The notes under the pieces: model-generated | What the model was told of the DNA's origin: nothing | Seen by the model: the letters and a program-made list of their open reading frames with translations, nothing else | Database searches by the model: none | DNA from: Melioribacter roseus | Lineage (GTDB): Bacteria > Bacteroidota > Ignavibacteria > Ignavibacteriales > Melioribacteraceae | Length of the DNA: 64,000 bases | Direction: 5' to 3' | Assembly: GCA_020723165.1 (NCBI GenBank) | Contig: DYJK01000004.1 | Coordinates: 3,270 to 67,269 of the forward strand | In this document: positions 1-9,667 of the stretch, one piece after another | Layout of the letters: each line of letters starts with the position of its first letter | Position numbering within the stretch: the stretch's first letter is position 1 | Translations under genes and position numbers: made by a program

Positions 1-325
1 GCAATCTTGCTTCGATAGGAATAATTGATACTTCATATTCACCGGTACCTTTTTTCATAGTTGTGTAATTAAAATCATCGCCTGAAAGTTTACCATAACC
101 GGCACCTACTTCAGCATCAAAAAGATCGGAAAGCTGGAATCTTAAAAATCCGCGGAATAGTAAAGATGATAATGAATATCCGTTGTCATCTTCAAATTCT
201 GTAACTGGCATAACGCCATTAAGCTGGACTCCGCCCTTCAGTCCATAATCTTTAAATTGAGCATTAATATTGGTAGAGATAAATGTAAGTAATAATATTA
301 ATGCGGCCCTCGTAAATAAACGCAT
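1..325 (-). CDS. outer-membrane beta-barrel protein, N-terminal part (gene runs off left edge)
   Basis: Reverse-strand reading from ATG (325-323) gives MRLFTRAALILLLTFISTNINAQFKDYGLKGGVQLNGV... This is a signal peptide followed by beta-strand-like alternating sequence (FRGFLRFQLSDLFDAEVGAGYGKL). Absent from the ORF track because it is truncated by the window edge. Confidence 0.5.
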   Translation of the reverse strand, partial: MRLFTRAALILLLTFISTNINAQFKDYGLKGGVQLNGVMPVTEFEDDNGYSLSSLLFRGFLRFQLSDLFDAEVGAGYGKLSGDDFNYTTMKKGTGEYEVSIIPIEARL

Positions 326-438
326 ATTACTCCTTATTTTAATTAGTGAATTTTAATTTTTATCCCATAACTACTGCATACATGGTAAATCAATTTTTTT
401 ACAATATACAAACAGCACAAAATTTTTCAATCCCGAAT

Positions 439-711
439 TCAAAAACTTTTACGCCAGCTTCTCATTAAGAAACCGGTTATAATCAAAGCAATTCCAATTA
501 ATGCAACCTTAATGTAAGGATCGGAGTAATAATAATATCCCCCGATAGCTACCGGGACATTCTGCATCTCTAATGTATTAAAACCTTCTCCGCGTACTAC
601 TTCAACTTTATAATTGAAATGGAATAATGCATAAGCAAGTATTACGCTGCCTTGCACAAAACAAACTATATCAACAAGCGCAGAAACTAAAACTACCATA
701 ATTTTTTTCAT
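439..711 (-). CDS. small hypothetical membrane protein (90 aa)
   Basis: ORF with hydrophobic N- and C-terminal segments. An AAGGAA-like RBS lies upstream of the ATG. No recognisable family. Confidence 0.4.
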   Translation of the reverse strand: MKKIMVVLVSALVDIVCFVQGSVILAYALFHFNYKVEVVRGEGFNTLEMQNVPVAIGGYYYYSDPYIKVALIGIALIITGFLMRSWRKSF

Positions 712-731
712 AATAAGTTCCTTATGTGATT

Positions 732-836
732 AGTACCCCGGAGAGGAATCTCCCGAAGGGATGCCTTTGGCAGAACCTCCATCCCGACAAGTCGGGATTA
801 GGAAACCGCTACTCATTTTACCGAGATACTAGGAGT
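732..836 (-). pseudogene. degenerate tRNA-Arg-like paralogue carrying GC-rich hairpin insertions
   Basis: Shares GTACCCCGGAGAGGAATC (acceptor 3' strand plus T arm), GAACCTCC and TTAGGAAACCGCT (anticodon loop CCT and 5' anticodon stem) with the intact tRNA at 931-1003. A 22-nt insertion (two mini-hairpins TGCCAAAGGCA and TCCCTTCGGGA in tRNA sense) splits the T loop. The 3' anticodon-stem strand is replaced by hairpin ATCCCGACTTGTCGGGAT. The 5' acceptor strand no longer pairs. Confidence 0.6.
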
Positions 837-930
837 TAAATTTTCTTCTAGTAATTGATCTTGTATTAATTATTGTCACAAATAATTTTCTGGATTATTA
901 GTGTTGTAAATAATTCTCCATAATATCTTG

Positions 931-1003
931 TACCCCGGAGAGGAATCGAACCTCCGACAAACGGTTTAGGAAACCGCTGCTCTATCCACTGAGCTACCGG
1001 GGC
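931..1003 (-). tRNA. tRNA-Arg (anticodon CCT)
   Basis: Reverse complement GCCCCGG-TA-GCTC-AGTGGATA-GAGC-A-GCGGT-TTCCTAA-ACCGT-TTGTC-GGAGG-TTCGATT-CCTCT-CCGGGGT-A folds as a 73-nt cloverleaf. The anticodon loop TTCCTAA gives CCT. CCA is not encoded. Confidence 0.9.
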
Positions 1004-1096
1004 TAAACAAAATTATAATTTTGATTTCTAAATGTGATTGAAATATAAAAATTCAGATATGGCAATACAATAGATTTATGAAAAAGATAATAAAGC

Positions 1097-1453
1097 TTAT
1101 TTGGTTGTATATTTTATTATTTCAGCATGTTCTATTGTTATCAACCCACCACAGTTTGCTTCATTGAAAATTGATTCTACAACCGGAATAAAATTTTCAA
1201 TTTTTGCAATCTCATCTACAATTTCGATTATTAAAGGAAGATCTTCGGATAAGCGTAAAATCTTTGAAGTATGAATTCTGCTTTTACCTCCAAACCCCAT
1301 TATGCCTCTGAATACAGTTGCACCGGCTAATTCTTGTTCTCTAGCCTTCATAACGATCTTTTCATAAACATTAATCGAATGAATTTTATCCGATTCACCT
1401 AAAAAAATTCTTAACAGTTTTGCATCACCTTTAATTTCCATATCGATCTCCAA
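1097..1453 (-). CDS. DUF190-domain protein (crcB-associated)
   Basis: 118 aa. LLRIFLGESDK...YEKIVMKAREQELAGATVFRGIMGFG is typical of the DUF190 family that commonly accompanies crcB. It directly abuts the crcB stop. Confidence 0.75.
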   Translation of the reverse strand: MEIDMEIKGDAKLLRIFLGESDKIHSINVYEKIVMKAREQELAGATVFRGIMGFGGKSRIHTSKILRLSEDLPLIIEIVDEIAKIENFIPVVESIFNEANCGGLITIEHAEIIKYTTK

Positions 1454-1825
1454 TTATTTATGTGTAAATAACGAAGCAGCATAAACAGCACCCAAACAGA
1501 GAATAACATTCAACATTATATTTACGAATGCTAAAAGAAATTCCGAGTGCTTGATCAAATTTATAGTCTCAAAGGAAAATGTAGAGAAAGTAGTAAAACC
1601 GCCGCAGAATCCGATCGTAAGAAAAATTTTTGTTTGGTAACTGATCATTTGTCTGCTGTCAATTATAAAAATTATTATCCCTAAAAATAAACTGCCAACT
1701 ACATTAACTGTTAGTGTTCCGTATGGAAATGATGCCGGTAAATTTTTTTGAATAACTCCGGAGAGCCAATAGCGAAATGCACCCCCAATAGCTGCACCTA
1801 ATGAAACAATCAAATAATTTATCAT
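1454..1825 (-). CDS. crcB: fluoride ion channel CrcB/FluC
   Basis: 123 aa with 4 TM segments. Contains GGAFRYWLS...GTLTVNVVGSLFLG...GFCGGFTTFSTFSFE motifs. Preceded by a fluoride riboswitch. Confidence 0.9.
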   Translation of the reverse strand: MINYLIVSLGAAIGGAFRYWLSGVIQKNLPASFPYGTLTVNVVGSLFLGIIIFIIDSRQMISYQTKIFLTIGFCGGFTTFSTFSFETINLIKHSEFLLAFVNIMLNVILCLGAVYAASLFTHK

Positions 1826-1858
1826 GGAGAAACTATCCTTAATGAATTATTGGAGATA

Positions 1859-1906
1859 AGTAGGAGTTATCAGCCGGTAGGCGGTCATAGGTGAACTCCA
1901 TCACCA
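1859..1906 (-). promoter_or_regulatory. fluoride riboswitch (crcB RNA motif)
   Basis: The reverse complement reads GGTGATGGAGTTCACCTATGACCGCCTACCGGCTGATAACTCCTAC. This matches the conserved GGnGAUGGnGUUCnCC...CGC...GCUnAUnACUCCUAC core. It lies about 35 nt upstream of the crcB ATG. Confidence 0.85.
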
Positions 1907-2013
1907 AAACAAATTTAAAAAAATTTTAATAATTAAACCCATATGAATTCGTCCCATTTTAGTAAATTTGTAGAACAGAATATGACACAATAGATAAAAT
2001 AAAGGAGTATTAA

Positions 2014-3306
<1,293 letters not shown>

Positions 3307-3327
3307 TTAACGATAAACAATAATTGA

Positions 3328-3356
3328 AATGCCTCGCACTTAGCGGGGCATTTTTG
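3328..3356 (+). terminator. rho-independent terminator after eno
   Basis: AATGCCTCGCACTTAGCGGGGCATTTTT: a GC-rich stem followed by a T run. Confidence 0.7.
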
Positions 3357-3378
3357 TCTGAAACCGACTGAGGTTGTT

Positions 3379-4776
3379 ATGCACAATCAGAAAATTTCTC
3401 GTCCAACAATCAATTCTATTAGTAACGTAATTAAAAAAAACAAAATTGAGGTTATTGATTTAAAAGCAATTGATCTTTCCGGCCGGCTTCATCATATATC
3501 ATTACCGGTTAAAGATAACATCATGAAAAAATTAATAGAAGAGGGTGTTGGTTTTGATGGTTCGAGTTATGAATTTAGAAAAGTTGAAAACAGTGACATG
3601 ATCCTTATACCTGATCTTGAAACTGCTGTAATTGATCTTTTCCGTGATGCACCAACTCTTAGCTTTTATTCAAATATCAAATTAACTGATGGTAAGAAAT
3701 CAAAATTTTCTCAAGACGGAAGACATCTTGCAAGACAAGCGGAAGAACTTTTGAAGAAAACTACCGGTGCAGATAAAAGCTGGTGGGGTCCAGAATTTGA
3801 ATTTTATATTTTTTCTAATGTTGATTACGATACACGCACGGCAACATCTTACTACAAAGTGGAACATGCAGAAGAGTTTTATAAGAAAGCATATCATGCA
3901 GCAAATCCGTTTGATATTTATGATGATTTTAGAGATGAAGCAAGCAAACTTTTGGGAAAATTCGGTGTTAATGTAAAGTACCATCATCATGAAGTAGGCG
4001 AACGCGGACAACAAGAAATTGAAACATATTTCCACGATCTGCTAACAACCGCGGATAATATTATAACTGCTAAATATGTTTTGTTTAATTATGCACGTCA
4101 GAAAAATTTATTTATAACTTTTATGCCCAAACCAATGTACCAGCAAGCCGGGAACGGATTACATTTGCATCTCTATCTAACAAAAAAAGGGAAGAATGCC
4201 TTCTATAAAAAAGGTGCATACGGAAATATGAATGAGCTCGGTCTCTATTTTATAGGCGGTATGCTGAAACATGCACCGGCATTATCTGCATTTACAAATC
4301 CAAGTACAAATTCTTATAAAAGATTAGTACCGGGTTTTGAGGCGCCGGTCGCATTAACATATGGACAAGGGAACCGCGCTTCTGCTATCCGGATTCCAAA
4401 ATATGTTTCTAATCCGGAAGAAACACGTTTTGAATATCGTCCGCCGGATGCAACTATTAATCCGTATTTATGTTTATCAGCTATGCTTCTTGCCGGTATT
4501 GATGGTGTCGTAAATAAAATTGACCCGGTGAAAGAAGGATTTGGTCCGTATGATAAAAATTTTCTTGATGATGACGGGAAAGATAAAATACCAATGCTGC
4601 CCAGGAATTTAACTGAAGCACTTGATGCGCTTGAAGTTGATCACGAATTTCTGCGGCGAGGAAATATTTTTACGGACGAACTGCTTGATCAATGGGTTAG
4701 AATTAAAAATGAAGAAATACAATCTATTGGTACAATGCCGCATCCGTTCGAATACAAAATGTATTTTAGTTTGTAA
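3379..4776 (+). CDS. glnA: glutamine synthetase, type I-like
   Basis: 465 aa. Catalytic-domain motifs KPMYQQAGNGLHLHLYL, NPSTNSYKRLVPGFEAP and GQGNRASAIRIP. Confidence 0.85.
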   Translation: MHNQKISRPTINSISNVIKKNKIEVIDLKAIDLSGRLHHISLPVKDNIMKKLIEEGVGFDGSSYEFRKVENSDMILIPDLETAVIDLFRDAPTLSFYSNIKLTDGKKSKFSQDGRHLARQAEELLKKTTGADKSWWGPEFEFYIFSNVDYDTRTATSYYKVEHAEEFYKKAYHAANPFDIYDDFRDEASKLLGKFGVNVKYHHHEVGERGQQEIETYFHDLLTTADNIITAKYVLFNYARQKNLFITFMPKPMYQQAGNGLHLHLYLTKKGKNAFYKKGAYGNMNELGLYFIGGMLKHAPALSAFTNPSTNSYKRLVPGFEAPVALTYGQGNRASAIRIPKYVSNPEETRFEYRPPDATINPYLCLSAMLLAGIDGVVNKIDPVKEGFGPYDKNFLDDDGKDKIPMLPRNLTEALDALEVDHEFLRRGNIFTDELLDQWVRIKNEEIQSIGTMPHPFEYKMYFSL

Positions 4777-4806
4777 TTGTTAGTTGTAAATTGGGCTCGA
4801 ATTAAA

Positions 4807-4905
4807 TCGTAACTCGTAAATCAAAAATCGTAATTCATAAATTCGTACCTTGTATTTCGTACTTCGTAGTTGGTACTTGGTACCTCATAACTCGTATTTG
4901 ATTAT
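4807..4905 (+). repeat. tandem heptanucleotide array (14 units, consensus TCGTAnn)
   Basis: Units 4807-4841: tcgtaac tcgtaaa tcaaaaa tcgtaat tcataaa. After one extra t, units 4843-4905: tcgtacc ttgtatt tcgtact tcgtagt tggtact tggtacc tcataac tcgtatt tgattat. The array ends exactly at the ATG at 4906. Confidence 0.85.
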
Positions 4906-5796
4906 ATGCCTTACATCGGTGAAATAGCAGCATTAATTACAGCAATATTATGGTCGGGCACATCTATTGCATTTGCAGAAGCATCAATCCGTGTCGGTTC
5001 GATGTATGTTAATGTTACTAGGATGTTCTTTGCGATTATATATCTATCTATAACAATAGTTGCTATCGGTGCACCGGTTAATATTTCAGTTACACAGATT
5101 ATTAATCTTGTGATAAGCGGTTTTATTGGATTAGCGGTGGGGGATTCATTTTTATTTAAAGCTTATCGTTTAATTGGTGCAAGAATCAGTATGCTGGTAA
5201 TGTCAGTTGCGCCGGCGATCGCTGCACTACTTGCATATTTTTTTCTGAATGAAAGCATTTTGTTTCTAGGTGTTGTGGGAATGTTCGTTACTATACTGGG
5301 AATTGCTCTTGTTGTAATCCAAAGGAAAGAAGTTCCAACTTCAGAATACAAAATTGATTATACCGGTTTGTTTTATGCATTTATGGGTGCTGTTGGTCAG
5401 GGTGTAGGATTGATCTTTGCAAAACTTGCATTTAACGAAAGTAACATAAATCCATTTGTTGCTACATTAACACGTATTGTCTCAGCACTAATAATTATTT
5501 ACCCATTAGTAGCAATGACAAGACGTTTCAATAACCCGGTTCAAAAATTTAGAGAGAATAAAAAGGGATTGATCTTTACTATTGTCGGTTCAATCATTGG
5601 TCCTTTTCTTGGTATAACTTTCAGTTTGATTTCCATTAGCCACACAAAAATAGGTATTGCTTCAACGTTGATGGCAACAGTTCCCATAATTATGCTTCCA
5701 CTTGTACGGTTTTACTATAAAGAAAAACTGTCGTGGAAATCGATTGTTGGTGCCTTTATAGCTGTTGGCGGTATTGCAATGTTGTTCTTAAGATGA
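4906..5796 (+). CDS. EamA/DMT-family transporter
   Basis: 296 aa, about 10 TM segments in two similar halves. General drug/metabolite-transporter appearance. Confidence 0.7.
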   Translation: MPYIGEIAALITAILWSGTSIAFAEASIRVGSMYVNVTRMFFAIIYLSITIVAIGAPVNISVTQIINLVISGFIGLAVGDSFLFKAYRLIGARISMLVMSVAPAIAALLAYFFLNESILFLGVVGMFVTILGIALVVIQRKEVPTSEYKIDYTGLFYAFMGAVGQGVGLIFAKLAFNESNINPFVATLTRIVSALIIIYPLVAMTRRFNNPVQKFRENKKGLIFTIVGSIIGPFLGITFSLISISHTKIGIASTLMATVPIIMLPLVRFYYKEKLSWKSIVGAFIAVGGIAMLFLR

Positions 5797-5857
5797 TACA
5801 AAGTGACTGTAATTTGCTTGGCAATTAAATTAGGTTGAATGATAATTTAAGCTTTGG

Positions 5858-6358
5858 TCATATTAATGAATTATATGTTTCAAATGTGAATTTATCGAAG
5901 CAGCAGAAAATTACTTTTTCAATTATCTGTTCATTCAATAAAAAATCTTTTACGGTATTCATTGCAATTTTAGCTGCACGTTCAATCGGGAACGAATAAA
6001 CGCCGGTACTAATTGCCGGGAATGCAATTGTTTTTATTTTATTCTCAACTGCACGCCACAAAGAATTTTTGTAACAGTCCGCAAGCAGATTATCTTCATT
6101 GTGGTTTCCTCCGCGCCAAACCGGTCCAACCGTATGAATAACATACTTAGCCGGTAAGTTGTATCCTTTTGTAATTTTTGCTTCACCGGTTGGGCATCCG
6201 CCAAGAGTTCGGCATTCTTCCAAAAGTTTTGGTCCGGCAGCACGATGAACAGCTCCATCAACTCCTCCTCCGCCAAGTAAAGTAGTATTAGCTGCGTTCA
6301 CTATTGCATCAACTTTTAGTTTGGTAATGTCTGCTAATTGTGCTTCTAACCTTACCAT
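5858..6358 (-). CDS. macro-domain protein (O-acetyl-ADP-ribose deacetylase / ADP-ribose binding, YmdB-like)
   Basis: Contains [39 protein letters not shown] and [14 protein letters not shown]. Start taken at the internal Met (MVRLEAQ..., ATG 6358-6356) rather than the ORF-track start at 6400. Confidence 0.85.
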   Translation of the reverse strand: MVRLEAQLADITKLKVDAIVNAANTTLLGGGGVDGAVHRAAGPKLLEECRTLGGCPTGEAKITKGYNLPAKYVIHTVGPVWRGGNHNEDNLLADCYKNSLWRAVENKIKTIAFPAISTGVYSFPIERAAKIAMNTVKDFLLNEQIIEKVIFCCFDKFTFETYNSLI

Positions 6359-6420
6359 CAATCGTCTTTGATTTTTGTTATTTCTCTTGTAACAATACAA
6401 AATATAACACTAAAATTAAC

Positions 6421-6460
6421 TTGACATTAGAAGTAAGAAAAATTAAGTTGTACCAACAAC
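6421..6460 (+). promoter_or_regulatory. candidate promoter (TTGACA) with inverted repeat GTTGT-N4-ACAAC, possible GntR operator
   Basis: TTGACA at 6421-6426. GTTGTACCAACAAC at 6447-6460 contains GT...AC half-sites, as in GntR/HutC-type operators. It lies in the gap between the divergent macro gene and the locus that contains the GntR gene. Confidence 0.3.
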
Positions 6461-6508
6461 CCATCAACTTAAAGAAATATTGTTATTTAAATCAATTTTG
6501 GAGAAAAA

Positions 6509-7513
6509 ATGCATAAAGTAGGACTTAGCAGAATCATTAATTACCTACTCGTCTTTGTTTTTCTGACCTCATTATTATATGCTCAGACAGATCTAAAGAT
6601 AGTTTCATTAGCTCCGAATTGGACAAATGCAGTTGCAGCATTAGGAGCCGCTGACCAACTTTGTGGTGTTACGAGATATTGCATTTTCCCGGATTCCATA
6701 CCGCGATTAGTCAAAGAAGGAAAATTAGAAATTGTAGGCGGTTTTGCAGATGTGAATTACTCCCGTATAAATGAAATCAAACCAGATCTTATACTAACTT
6801 GTACCGGGGTTCAAGCAAAAATAAGAGATAGATTTTTGAAAGAAGGTTATAAAGTTCTCCATATGGAAGAAACTAGTCTTACTGAAGTATATTCAAAAAT
6901 AGTTGAGTTGGGGAAAGCAATAGGAAAGGAAGAATCTGCTGATAAACTAGTTGAAGAAATCAAATGTAATCTTACAGATATTGCTGAAAAGTATAAAGAT
7001 TATCCACGCATAAGTGTTTACTACGAGATTAACTATTATTACAAATGTGTGCCCGGGAAAGACTCATATATATCTGAACTTTTGAAGATGGTGGGTGGAG
7101 AACCTATCTTTTCGGAAAGACCCGGAATAGCTCCATCTGTAACATGGGATGAAATAGTAAAAGCAAATCCAGACGTAATTTTAATTCCAATTTGGGATAA
7201 TGCTGGCGGTCCCTACTTCGAAGAAGAAAAAGTTGGATGGGGTACTACCACACCATATGAAATTGCACATAGAGAAGGTGCTTCAACTATCAATGCAGTT
7301 AAAAATGGCAGAGTTAGGTATATCAATTCTGCAAAGACAAAACAAGCCGGTCCGCAGATTCCTACTGCGGCTGATCTTTTTGGAAAAACTATCCACGCTG
7401 ATGGTGATCTGGAAATGTTAAAAATAGAAAAAGTACCGGATAGAATGGATGATGTTACGTTTTCAAAAATAATTCTTTATTTCCCTATGTATGCGTCGGT
7501 GTACAATAATTAA
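6509..7513 (+). CDS. periplasmic substrate-binding protein, BtuF/FhuD-like (class III, Peripla_BP_2-like)
   Basis: 334 aa. Signal peptide, then LKIVSLAPNWTNAVAALGAADQLCGVT...KPDLILTC...NPDVILIP, the pattern of cobalamin/siderophore-type binding proteins. Confidence 0.7.
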   Translation: MHKVGLSRIINYLLVFVFLTSLLYAQTDLKIVSLAPNWTNAVAALGAADQLCGVTRYCIFPDSIPRLVKEGKLEIVGGFADVNYSRINEIKPDLILTCTGVQAKIRDRFLKEGYKVLHMEETSLTEVYSKIVELGKAIGKEESADKLVEEIKCNLTDIAEKYKDYPRISVYYEINYYYKCVPGKDSYISELLKMVGGEPIFSERPGIAPSVTWDEIVKANPDVILIPIWDNAGGPYFEEEKVGWGTTTPYEIAHREGASTINAVKNGRVRYINSAKTKQAGPQIPTAADLFGKTIHADGDLEMLKIEKVPDRMDDVTFSKIILYFPMYASVYNN

Positions 7514-7555
7514 ATCTGGTTAATTTAGTTCATTGTTGAAAGATCGAGGTAATCA

Positions 7556-8320
7556 ATGGAAATAGACAAAAAGAGTGCACTTCCACTTTATTATCAACTT
7601 AAAGAAATTCTTAAAGAAGAAATAGATATTGGTAAGTATAAACCAAATGAAAAAATTCCTTCTGAAAATGAATTGGCTGAACTTCTAAAGATCAGCCGTA
7701 ATACAGCTAAACAAGCAATTGCAGATTTAGTTTCGGAAGGGATGCTCTATCGTGTACAAGGTAGGGGAACATTTGTTGCAGAGAGAAAAATATTCAAAGG
7801 TCTCACTGATGCGTACAGTTTTTCCTCCGAATTCCAGTACAATGGTTCGGCAATAAAAACGAAGGTTATCATATCAGAAGAAATTTTTGAGTCGAAGGAA
7901 GCACTTGAATATCTAAAAATGAAAGAAAGTACCGAGTTATATCGTGTTCAAAGATTAAGATTAATGAACAATCTGCCGGTTGCTCTGCAAACCTCTTATA
8001 TCCCGAAATTTTTCTGCCCCGATTTACTTTCTCATGATCTTTCAAGCAATTCATTATTTGACATCTTGAAGGAACATTACCAGCTCAACTTCGGCTATTT
8101 TACAGAAAACCTAACATGTGTAAAAGCCGATCAATATGAAGCAGATTTATTGAAGGTTAAAAAAGGATCACCGCTATTTCTTTTAACAAGAAAAACATTT
8201 ACAAAAAATGATGAAATAATCGAAGTGGTTCGCTCATTTTTACCGGGAGATAGATGTGAATTTTCTTTCACCCATGGTGCGGATATGAGTATAGAATTAA
8301 ATCATATTGCTGTTGGTTGA
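7556..8320 (+). CDS. GntR-family transcriptional regulator, HutC subfamily (wHTH + UTRA-like)
   Basis: PLYYQLKEILKEEIDIGKYKPNEKIPSENELAELLKISRNTAKQAIADLVSEGMLYRVQGRGTFV, followed by a C-terminal domain of about 170 aa. Confidence 0.85.
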   Translation: MEIDKKSALPLYYQLKEILKEEIDIGKYKPNEKIPSENELAELLKISRNTAKQAIADLVSEGMLYRVQGRGTFVAERKIFKGLTDAYSFSSEFQYNGSAIKTKVIISEEIFESKEALEYLKMKESTELYRVQRLRLMNNLPVALQTSYIPKFFCPDLLSHDLSSNSLFDILKEHYQLNFGYFTENLTCVKADQYEADLLKVKKGSPLFLLTRKTFTKNDEIIEVVRSFLPGDRCEFSFTHGADMSIELNHIAVG

Positions 8321-8323
8321 AAA

Positions 8324-8851
8324 ATGTCGACTATACCGATACCAAAAGAAGAATTTGATATTCACGATCAAAAAATTTTTTGGTCATCTAGACGTATTGC
8401 ACGAATGGCAATTTTTATTGCGATGTGTGCTGTTGGGTCAATGATTAAAGTTCCAAGTCCAACCGGAACAGTAGCACTCGATGCAGCGTTTGCATTTTTC
8501 TCGGCAATTGCATTTGGTTGGCGCGAAGGTGCTATTGTAGCGGCTCTTGGTCATATGTTAACAGCACTAACTACCGGTTTTCCGCTCGGCTTGCCGATGC
8601 ATTTGTTTATATCAATTCAAATGGCAGCATGGGTTACTATTTTTGATCTAACAGCAAAGAAAATTCATTTATGGTTTGGTGCTGTTCTGGCCGTAATCTT
8701 GAATGGACCTATTTCTTCATTGCTGGTAATACCTATTGGTGGATTTGGACTGTTTGCTGCATTGATTCTTCCACTAACTGTTGGTGGTTTTATCAATGTT
8801 TTTATTGCGTGTACTGCATACCTGATTATTCAAAAGAGTAGAATGGTGTAA
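8324..8851 (+). CDS. ECF-transporter substrate-capture (S) component, specificity unknown
   Basis: 175 aa with about 6 TM segments. It sits directly upstream of EcfA/EcfT genes. Its stop overlaps the next start (TAATG). Confidence 0.65.
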   Translation: MSTIPIPKEEFDIHDQKIFWSSRRIARMAIFIAMCAVGSMIKVPSPTGTVALDAAFAFFSAIAFGWREGAIVAALGHMLTALTTGFPLGLPMHLFISIQMAAWVTIFDLTAKKIHLWFGAVLAVILNGPISSLLVIPIGGFGLFAALILPLTVGGFINVFIACTAYLIIQKSRMV

Positions 8852-9666
8852 TGATGAATTTGAATTTGTTATACCAGAGATATCGGGAATTAAAAGAATC
8901 CAATACGAATTTGTTTAATACCAGGCATGTCCGCGATCTTTTAATTTCTGAATTGACTGATGATCTATGGATAGTGGTTAGTTCGGATTCAGATGGTGGT
9001 ATCGGTCCTAAGAAACATGACACAGTTTTTTCTCCAGCTTACGATCTTGGTAGGCTTGGAACAAGAGTAGCATTGATGGAAATGATGGCGTCAGGTGCTT
9101 TACCAATCATGGTAGTTGATGTTCTTTCGGTTGAGATGGAACCGACCGGTAAAGAGATTATTGAAGGTGTTAAAGATGAAGCAGAAGAAGCCGGGATGAA
9201 TCGTGATATTGTTATTACCGGCAGTACCGAGGATAATGTTGAAACAGTACAAACCGGGATGGGTGTTGTTATTATAGGATTAGTTCATAAAAATGATTTT
9301 AGACCCGGTAAAAGTTTGAATGGGGATATTGTTGTTGCGATAGGAAAACCTAAATCTGCACCGGAGTATAAAATAATTTTTAATGATAATGAAATCACTA
9401 ATACAAAGACAATCATTGAATTAAATCGATGTAAATTTATACACGATATTCTTCCAGTTGGTTCAAAAGGTATCCAGCATGAATTTTATGAGTTGGGAAA
9501 GAGTGCCGGACTTCTTCCACATTATTATAGTGTTAATGATATAGATGTAACAAAATCCGGCGGACCTTCAACAAGCTGCCTTATTTCTCTGCCTAAGAAT
9601 GAATTACAAAATCTTCAAAACAAAATAGATAAACCAATGTGCGTTATTGGTGAACTAAGAGGATAA
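8851..9666 (+). CDS. PurM/ThiL/HypE-superfamily (AIR-synthase-related) protein, putative small-molecule kinase
   Basis: 271 aa. WIVVSSDSDGGIGPKKHD...AYDLGRLGTRVALMEMMASGALPIMVVDVLSV...ITGSTEDNV resembles the N-terminal ATP/metal-binding domain of the PurM superfamily. Assignment made by eye only. Confidence 0.5.
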   Translation: MMNLNLLYQRYRELKESNTNLFNTRHVRDLLISELTDDLWIVVSSDSDGGIGPKKHDTVFSPAYDLGRLGTRVALMEMMASGALPIMVVDVLSVEMEPTGKEIIEGVKDEAEEAGMNRDIVITGSTEDNVETVQTGMGVVIIGLVHKNDFRPGKSLNGDIVVAIGKPKSAPEYKIIFNDNEITNTKTIIELNRCKFIHDILPVGSKGIQHEFYELGKSAGLLPHYYSVNDIDVTKSGGPSTSCLISLPKNELQNLQNKIDKPMCVIGELRG

Positions 9667-9667
9667 C

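Noticed and set aside
712-1096. Genomic island or integrative element at the tRNA-Arg gene, suggested by the direct repeat of the tRNA 3' end
   Set aside because: The two copies of the tRNA 3' segment are only about 190 nt apart. No integrase, excisionase or cargo genes lie between or beside them. The second copy retains anticodon-loop sequence, which fits a decayed tandem duplicate better than an att site.
6359-6508. Cobalamin (or other) riboswitch upstream of the BtuF-like/ECF/TonB locus. The gap at 16910-17037 was also considered.
   Set aside because: The leader is short and AT-rich, with no B12-box-like sequence or multi-helix structure visible. The 16931-16988 element is a simple hairpin. 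This was only an eye inspection, and a covariance-model scan would be decisive.
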